Shown here piece after piece: positions 58,012-64,000 of a DNA stretch of 64,000 nucleotides. The DNA lies in the NCBI GenBank assembly GCA_046049545.1, contig JBJORF010000005.1:11875-75874 (forward strand), in the 5' to 3' direction. Within the stretch, counting starts at the first letter, position 1. Every line of letters begins with the position of its first letter. A program made the translations under genes and the position numbers. The notes below the pieces were generated by a model. It saw nothing but the letters and a program-made list of their open reading frames with translations. It made no database searches and was not told the origin of the DNA. The stretch comes from Cyanobacteriota bacterium. Lineage in GTDB: Bacteria; Cyanobacteriota; Cyanobacteriia; Leptolyngbyales; Leptolyngbyaceae.

Positions 58012-59070
58012 CTAAACAGGCAACATCGGCTTTGCTTCCAACCCGATATCGCTGGTTTTCCAGACTTGGCCATCGAGGGCCATTTCTTCAATCAAGCTAG
58101 CCAGCCGCAAGGCGCGCAGGGCTTGACGACCGCCGACCGATGGCTCCATGCCACCGCGCACGCAGTGGACGAAATGCTCCAGTTCGGCCTGGAGCGGTTC
58201 GGTATTGCCGATCGCGACACGTTCGATCAAACCGTCTTGGCGATAGAGCGGGTGGGGACTGGTTTGCGCCGTAATGTGGCGATGCACCAAAATCTCTTGG
58301 TTGAGGAAATCGGCGGCGGTCAACGATCGCTGACAATGGGCTTCAATCTTGCGGGTTTTTCGATGGGTGACTTTGCTGGCGTTCAGAGTGGCGACCACGC
58401 CGCTGGCAAAGCCGAGGGTGGCGGTGACGTAGTCGAGGTTGCCCGTGCCTTCACTGCGATTGCCACTGGCTGTGAGCCGCACCACTTCCGACCCCGTCAG
58501 TTCCAGCATCAGGTCGATGTCATGGATCATCAAGTCCAGGACAACCGAAACATCATTGGCGCGATTGGAGTAGGGGCTCATGCGATGGGACTCGATCGCA
58601 ATCAGATCCTCCGTCTTGAGCACCATGCTCAGCGACTGGAATACCGGATTAAACCGCTCAATGTGACCCACCTGAAGCAAACAATTGTGTTCGGCGGCGG
58701 CATTGACCAGATCTTCCGCTTCTTCAATGCTGGCGGCGATCGGCTTTTCAATCAACACATGCACGCCCGCATTCAGCGCCGCGAGGCCGACCTTGTGATG
58801 CAATCGCGTAGGTACAGCAATGCAAACCGCATCGACATATTTGAACAGCTCGTTGTAATCCTCAAAGTATCGCGTGCGGTATTGGCTGGCTGTTTCCAGG
58901 CCCCGCTCCACACTGACATCCGAGATACCCACCAGTTCCACGCCCTTGAGCCGACTCAATACCCGCGTGTGATGCTGTCCCATGTGGCCAATTCCGACCA
59001 CCCCAATACGAATCGGTTTCGAGTGCTGTGGATACAACCTCGAATACTCGGCTAAGTCACCGTTTCCCAC
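58012..59070 (-). CDS. Gfo/Idh/MocA-family NAD(P)-dependent oxidoreductase
   Basis: [15 protein letters not shown] Rossmann N-terminus and EKP motif (LIEKPIA). Confidence 0.85.
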   Translation of the reverse strand: MGNGDLAEYSRLYPQHSKPIRIGVVGIGHMGQHHTRVLSRLKGVELVGISDVSVERGLETASQYRTRYFEDYNELFKYVDAVCIAVPTRLHHKVGLAALNAGVHVLIEKPIAASIEEAEDLVNAAAEHNCLLQVGHIERFNPVFQSLSMVLKTEDLIAIESHRMSPYSNRANDVSVVLDLMIHDIDLMLELTGSEVVRLTASGNRSEGTGNLDYVTATLGFASGVVATLNASKVTHRKTRKIEAHCQRSLTAADFLNQEILVHRHITAQTSPHPLYRQDGLIERVAIGNTEPLQAELEHFVHCVRGGMEPSVGGRQALRALRLASLIEEMALDGQVWKTSDIGLEAKPMLPV

Positions 59071-59326
59071 GTAATTTACTCCTTACACACCACCGAACAC
59101 TGATGGCTCGTTGATCGGCGATCGACCCGTGAGTCGCTCAATTCCCATGCAACAAACCGACACAAACTCCTCAAGCTCCCAAGATACTAGCATTTCACTT
59201 ATCAAGATTGATGCTAGACCCGAGAAGTTCCTGGTCTATTCTGCCTGCATTCTTTCAAATTGACGGAAGAAAATCTGTATCTGAATGTGCGGATTATCAA
59301 TTGGCTCAGGGATCACAAGGCCTGAC

Positions 59327-59382
59327 CAACGGTGCTTGGTCAACGGTGCTTGGTCAACGGTGCTGGCTCAACGGTGCTGGCT
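59327..59382. repeat. 14-bp tandem repeat x4 (CAACGGTGCTKGST)
   Basis: Copies at 59327-40, 59341-54, 59355-68 and 59369-82, immediately downstream of the pentapeptide-repeat gene stop (59389). Confidence 0.8.
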
Positions 59383-59388
59383 CATTGG

Positions 59389-60444
59389 CTAGTGAATACT
59401 GCCATCGGGCAGGGTGGCACCTTGGAGATTGGCCCCATTCAAGAATGCGCTGCTGATTTCGGCGCGGGTCAAATTGGCTTTGCTCAGGTCAGCGCCGCGC
59501 AGATCGGTGCGACCGAGGTAGGCTTCGATTAAGGTGACTTCGACCAAGACGGCATTGCGCAGATTGGCGCGGCCCAGATCGGTCTGGTTCATCCGGGCGC
59601 TGTGCAGATTGGCCGCTTGCAGGTCGGTCTGGCGCAGTTTGGCTTCGGTGAGGGTGGCTTTGCTGAGGGTGACACCGCGCATGTTGCATTCGCTCAGTTC
59701 GGCGCGGTTCATGCGGGTGTTGTGCAGATTGGCACAGGCCCAGTTGGCGGCGGTGGCGATCGTGTCCATCAGGAAGGCATCCTGTAGATCTGCATCGGCG
59801 AGGTTGGCTTCGCTGAGGTTCGCCCCTTTGAGGTTAGCTTCCCGGAGGTTAGCGCCTTCGAGGTTAGCACGGCTCAAATCGACCCCCATCATATTCGCCC
59901 CGCGCAGATCGGCCCCGCGCAGATCGGCCCCGCGTAAATTGGCCCCATCATGCTGTCGGGCCTCTTCCCGCAGGTTTGCGCCCTTGAGGCAAGCACCGCG
60001 TAGGTTCGCGCCACTCAGATCGGTCTCGCGCAAATCCGCGCCCATGAGATTGGCATCCATCAGGCTGGCCAGGCTTAAATCCGCCCCGCGCAAATCGGCT
60101 CCGGCAAGTAAAGCGCCGTGCAGATTCGCATCCCGCATCATGGCATCGATCAGCTTGGCCTGACTCAGGTTCGCGCCACTCAGGTTAGTCCGCATGAGAT
60201 TGGCTTTGGACAAGCTAGCGCGGTTGAGAAAAGCGAAGATCAAGCTCGTATCCCGGAGGTCAGCGCCGATCAAGTTCGTGCCAATTAAGTCCACGCCATT
60301 CAGGCTTAAGGTCGCGAGCTTGGCTCCGGCGAGTCCATTGGTGGCATCGCGGTAGCTGGCGAGAATCGCTTCCGGGGTCATGGCACTGTTCGTGCTGGCT
60401 CCGTTTGGGCTGGCGGGGTTAGTGGTAGAAGGCATCATAATCAA
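59389..60444 (-). CDS. Pentapeptide-repeat protein (soluble, about 60 A(D/N)LXX units)
   Basis: Almost the entire 351-aa sequence follows the pattern, for example ANLRGADLRGADLRGANMMGVDLSRANLEGANLREANLKGANLSEANL. No TM or signal sequence. Confidence 0.9.
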   Translation of the reverse strand: MIMMPSTTNPASPNGASTNSAMTPEAILASYRDATNGLAGAKLATLSLNGVDLIGTNLIGADLRDTSLIFAFLNRASLSKANLMRTNLSGANLSQAKLIDAMMRDANLHGALLAGADLRGADLSLASLMDANLMGADLRETDLSGANLRGACLKGANLREEARQHDGANLRGADLRGADLRGANMMGVDLSRANLEGANLREANLKGANLSEANLADADLQDAFLMDTIATAANWACANLHNTRMNRAELSECNMRGVTLSKATLTEAKLRQTDLQAANLHSARMNQTDLGRANLRNAVLVEVTLIEAYLGRTDLRGADLSKANLTRAEISSAFLNGANLQGATLPDGSIH

Positions 60445-60472
60445 TGGTCGGGCCTTGGGTTAATTCACAGGG

Positions 60473-61549
60473 TTAATTCACAATTACCGGCGACAGCCGG
60501 ATTTCGGTGGCATCGTCTTCCGTGGCGGGGAGATCAGCAAGGTTCACGGCGGGTAACTTGAGCGCCCGCAGCAGGACATCGACGACTTGTTCATAGTCTT
60601 CATGCCCGGGGAGCGATCGGGCCATCACGGTTAAGGTTTTGCTCAGTTCGGTGATCGCATGGACTTCTAGCACTCGCTTGAACAGCGCTTCCAGGCTATA
60701 GCACTTGAGCGCGGCCCAGTCCTGTTCGGTGTAGGCAAAGCGATGATTCACCAGGGAAAACAGTAAGATTTTCGCCCGCAGGGGATTGGTGAATTTCATG
60801 ATTTCGAGGCGCAGGTCGAAGCCGTCAATCGATTGCACCAAGGGCAGAGATTGCTCCTCTTGCTCCTCTTGATAAAGGCCGTAGAGCGGCGCAATTTGCT
60901 GGACGATTGTGGTTGCCATGGTGCTGTATTCCACGGCTTTGCTGAGGCGCTGGACGATCGCCACAAGCTGCCGTTCGACTTCGATGAGTGAGGAATACTT
61001 TTGCCAGATGTCTTGGATTAGCATTCGAATCGAAGTCTGGGCGATTTTTTCCGAATCGCTTTCCCAGGTGTCATGCATCAGGCAGAGCATCAATTTAACA
61101 ATGCGATCGCGCTCTGGCATGAGTTCGAGGGTTTGCGCGATTTGGCATTGTTCCTCCAGCATGGGATTTTCCGGGGCGGGAGGAATCGGGGCATCTTTAG
61201 GACTAATGAAGAAGGCCGTGGGTTCATCATCGGCTTCGTCGTTGTTGGTATATTGCCGGGTGTAGAGGGGGGTACATTCGAGCAGAACGACGTTGGCCAA
61301 CTGCTGGTACTCACGGGATTTGGTGAGGTTGGCGGCGATCGTGTAGAGATAGAAGCGAAGCTGCTGCGTGGTGGGATAGAGCTGATGCAGTTGCATCAAC
61401 ATCGGCAACAGCGGCAGCTGCCGCAACTGGGCCGGATCATTTTCCCAATGCCCAGCGGTCGCGTACAGCAATAGTTTTTTAATTCTGGCAGCATGTACAT
61501 GCGCTTCGAGGCGCTGTGCGATGGCAGCTTGTTCCTCCATCATTTCCAC
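60473..61549 (-). CDS. Hypothetical protein built from three copies of an unrecognised helical module of about 90 aa
   Basis: aa 5-96 (EEQAAIAQRLE...RIKKLLLYATAGHWENDPAQL...PLY), aa 132-223 (EEQCQIAQTLE...RIVKLMLCLMHDTWESDSEKI...PLY), and a more divergent copy at aa 243-331 (RAKILLFSLVNHRFAYTEQDWAAL...). Confidence 0.7.
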   Translation of the reverse strand: MEMMEEQAAIAQRLEAHVHAARIKKLLLYATAGHWENDPAQLRQLPLLPMLMQLHQLYPTTQQLRFYLYTIAANLTKSREYQQLANVVLLECTPLYTRQYTNNDEADDEPTAFFISPKDAPIPPAPENPMLEEQCQIAQTLELMPERDRIVKLMLCLMHDTWESDSEKIAQTSIRMLIQDIWQKYSSLIEVERQLVAIVQRLSKAVEYSTMATTIVQQIAPLYGLYQEEQEEQSLPLVQSIDGFDLRLEIMKFTNPLRAKILLFSLVNHRFAYTEQDWAALKCYSLEALFKRVLEVHAITELSKTLTVMARSLPGHEDYEQVVDVLLRALKLPAVNLADLPATEDDATEIRLSPVIVN

Positions 61550-61661
61550 CCTGGCGGTTTGTGGTCAGCCTTAGGATGCCCGCTTTTCGCCAGAACGGAA
61601 CAAAAACATGGGAAAGAAAGGAGATGGAAAAGCCTGCGAGATTCCCCACGCTGGCTTGGTG

Positions 61662-63074
61662 CTATACCATCGTGCGCACGTCGGTGACGACCCCGGTGAC
61701 GGCGGCGGCGGCGACCATGGCCGGACTCATCAGTAAGGTGCGCCCCGAGGCTGAACCTTGACGGCCTTTGAAGTTGCGATTGGAAGAGGAGGCGCTGATT
61801 TGGCGACCTTCGAGCCGATCGGGGTTCATCGCCAGACACATCGAGCAGCCCGGTTCCCGCCATTCAAAGCCGGCGGCGGCAAAGACCCGATCGAGTCCTT
61901 CCGCTTCGGCGGCTTTTTTCACCCGTTCGGAACCCGGCACGACGAAGGCCTTCACGCCTTGGGCGACTTGTTTGCCCTGGGCGACCTTCGCCGCTTCGCG
62001 CAGATCGCTGAGCCGTCCATTGGTGCAACTGCCGATGAAGCAAACATCAATTTTTGTCCCCAATAGCGGCTGTCCCGGCTGAAAATCCATGTAGGCGTAG
62101 GCTTCTTCGATTAGGGGCCGATCGGCTTCGGGCATGGCACTGAGCACAGGCACCGCTTCATCCACGCCGATGCCTTGGTCGGGGGTAATGCCCCAGGTGA
62201 CGGTGGGGGCGATCGTGGCGGCATCGATCACCACCACATCGTCGTAAACCGCATCGGCATCACTCCGCAGGCTGTTCCACCAGGTCACAGCTTGGTCCCA
62301 GTTTGCGCCCTTGGGAGCAAAATCCCGGCCTTGGAGGTAGTCGTAGGTAATTTGGTCGGGGTTGACGTAGCCGCAGCGGGCACCGCCTTCGATCGCCATG
62401 TTGCAGACCGTCATCCGGCCTTCCATATCCATTTGCTCAAAGGTTGTTCCGGCAAATTCATAGGCATAGCCCACACCGCCCTTCACCCCCAGCTGCCGAA
62501 TAATATGCAGCGCCACATCTTTGGCGTACACCCCCGGTTTCAGGTCGCCATTGACTTCGACCCGGCGGACTTTCAGCTTCGCTAAAGCGAGACTCTGGGC
62601 GGCGAGGACATCACGCACTTGACTGGTGCCAATCCCAAAGGAGATCGCCCCAAACGCACCGTGGGTGGACGTATGGCTATCGCCACAAGCGATCGTCATG
62701 CCCGGTTGGGTTAGACCTTGCTCCGGCGCAATGATATGCACGATGCCCTGACTGCCGGAGCCAATGTTGTAGAAGCGAATATTGTGCTCTGCGACGTTCT
62801 GCTCCAATTCCGCCATCATTGCCTCGGCCAGGGGATCAGCGAAAGGACGGGCTTGATCTTGGGTGGGGACGATATGGTCGACGGTGGCAACGGTACGATC
62901 GGGCATCAAGACGGGCAATCCCTTTTCGCGCAGCATCGCAAAGGCTTGGGGGCTGGTCACTTCATGAATCAGGTGCAGGCCGATAAAGAGCTGAGTTTGG
63001 CCCGATGGCAGGGTGGCGATCGTGTGCAAATCCCAAACTTTATCGAACAAGGTGCGTTGACTCATGGCGCTCAA
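61662..63074 (-). CDS. leuC: 3-isopropylmalate dehydratase large subunit
   Basis: Aconitase-family motifs [18 protein letters not shown] and CSMCLAMN. 470 aa. Confidence 0.95.
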   Translation of the reverse strand: MSAMSQRTLFDKVWDLHTIATLPSGQTQLFIGLHLIHEVTSPQAFAMLREKGLPVLMPDRTVATVDHIVPTQDQARPFADPLAEAMMAELEQNVAEHNIRFYNIGSGSQGIVHIIAPEQGLTQPGMTIACGDSHTSTHGAFGAISFGIGTSQVRDVLAAQSLALAKLKVRRVEVNGDLKPGVYAKDVALHIIRQLGVKGGVGYAYEFAGTTFEQMDMEGRMTVCNMAIEGGARCGYVNPDQITYDYLQGRDFAPKGANWDQAVTWWNSLRSDADAVYDDVVVIDAATIAPTVTWGITPDQGIGVDEAVPVLSAMPEADRPLIEEAYAYMDFQPGQPLLGTKIDVCFIGSCTNGRLSDLREAAKVAQGKQVAQGVKAFVVPGSERVKKAAEAEGLDRVFAAAGFEWREPGCSMCLAMNPDRLEGRQISASSSNRNFKGRQGSASGRTLLMSPAMVAAAAVTGVVTDVRTMV

Positions 63075-63206
63075 TTACCGTAGTTACGAAGACATTAGGT
63101 CTACGATTTTAGCGAAAAGTCGGGATCTTCGTGCAGCCGATCGGGAATCCTTGCCGTACAATACTTGCGTACTTATCACTTCCGCAGTCTGTGATGCGGT
63201 TTCCCC

Positions 63207-63812
63207 ATGCGTCTTGGTAAGGTGGTCAAATCCAATTCCCACTGTGATTACTTGGTGCAGTTGGACGATGTGCAGGACGTGATCGATGCGCCTCAGGCCG
63301 ATGACTATGGCTTCGGCAGCTTTGTCAAATTGGAGGATGATCGATCGAATCGCCATTGGGCCGTGGGCTTGATCTACAATTCGCAGCTCCTCAATCCGGC
63401 GTTCAACAGCATTGGGCCAAGGTTATCGAGTGAGCCTGATCCGCTGTTTACACCGGATTTGATTATGGAGACGCGGACGCTGCTGGGGGTGGTGCTAATC
63501 GGGCATTTGGAGACCGTGGCGGGGAAACGCTACGGGGAGCAGGGCATTCCCCGCGTGGTGGTGCCGGTGAATGCAGAGGTGCACACTATGAACGAGGCGG
63601 AGATCCATGAGTTTCACCGCAATTTTCAGGGCCAGCCGCAGTTTACCTACTACAGCCATCTGCTGCGATCGGGCGGGACCTTCGCGGCCCAGTTGACCTA
63701 TCAAGTCCTGGAAGAAGTGATTGGCTATGCCTTCTTCAGTGGGGCGGAGGAAGGGGCGTTGAAGGTATTGGCGAAGGAGTTGGCCTGGAAAAATACGATG
63801 GGCGTGCTGTAG
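63207..63812 (+). CDS. Conserved hypothetical protein with a beta-barrel-like (HAS-barrel-like) N-terminus
   Basis: MRLGKVVKSNSHCDYLVQL...FGSFVKLE...AVGLIYNS resembles small OB/HAS-barrel openings. The rest is unassigned. Divergent from leuC. Confidence 0.5.
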   Translation: MRLGKVVKSNSHCDYLVQLDDVQDVIDAPQADDYGFGSFVKLEDDRSNRHWAVGLIYNSQLLNPAFNSIGPRLSSEPDPLFTPDLIMETRTLLGVVLIGHLETVAGKRYGEQGIPRVVVPVNAEVHTMNEAEIHEFHRNFQGQPQFTYYSHLLRSGGTFAAQLTYQVLEEVIGYAFFSGAEEGALKVLAKELAWKNTMGVL

Positions 63813-63939
63813 ATTGAGCAGTCCGGTGAGTCGATTCATATCGATTGAAGCCAAATTTTTCCGGAAAATGACTGCCCCAAATCGAATATCTCCGCTAGAG
63901 TATTGTGCAAGTGTGAGAAGTTTTTCAAGGCAGGCTGTG

Positions 63940-64000
63940 ATGTTTAGTTGGGGCGAAGCCAGCATCGAGCTGATGTACCGTGAACGGGCTTGGGTCGAAA
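63940..64000 (+). CDS. Possible 5' end of a gene running off the right edge
   Basis: An ATG at 63940 opens a frame (MFSWGEASIELMYRERAWVE) that stays open to the window end. Only 20 codons are visible, so the call is weak. Confidence 0.2.
   Translation, partial: MFSWGEASIELMYRERAWVE

Noticed and set aside
57961-59055. 364-aa plus-strand ORF
   Set aside because: It is antisense to the Gfo/Idh/MocA oxidoreductase gene. It has no recognisable domain and a biased composition.

Overview
Chromosomal segment of a GC-rich cyanobacterium. The HIP1 palindrome GCGATCGC is scattered through coding and non-coding DNA, and lineage-typical genes are present: ftrV, plant-type petF, purS/purQ, a CCB1-like gene, DUF3386, DUF3611 and a pentapeptide-repeat protein. 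I can support about 60 protein-coding genes on both strands, two tRNAs (Val-UAC, Cys-GCA), one TPP riboswitch in front of thiC, several intrinsic terminators and many short tandem repeats. I see no rRNA, CRISPR array, transposase, integrase, reverse transcriptase or recognisable defence system. Gene content is mostly housekeeping: lepA, mnmE, dusA, leuC, purQS, thiC/thiO, mazG, dps, zur, UDP-sugar enzymes, several GT4 glycosyltransferases and two-component signalling. I did not find a clear novel multi-gene system. The most unusual items are listed here. (1) A hairpin-repeat family with a conserved loop and co-varying stem sits at two loci, 10.5 kb and 15.9-16.15 kb, and supplies the 3' ends of two genes. 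(2) Two long ORF-free intergenic blocks lie at 12.1-12.8 kb and 49.2-49.8 kb, the latter ending in a terminator-like hairpin just before a start codon. (3) A co-directional pair encodes a pentapeptide-repeat protein and a protein built from three copies of an unrecognised helical module of about 90 aa. (4) Decayed gene remnants are present: a Uma2 pseudogene beside tRNA-Cys and a GIY-YIG-like fragment. (5) The thiC TPP riboswitch carries an inserted hairpin. (6) Tandem repeats with roughly 15-bp periods are pervasive in leaders and in coding N-termini. All functional calls come from motif recognition by eye, and no database search was run.
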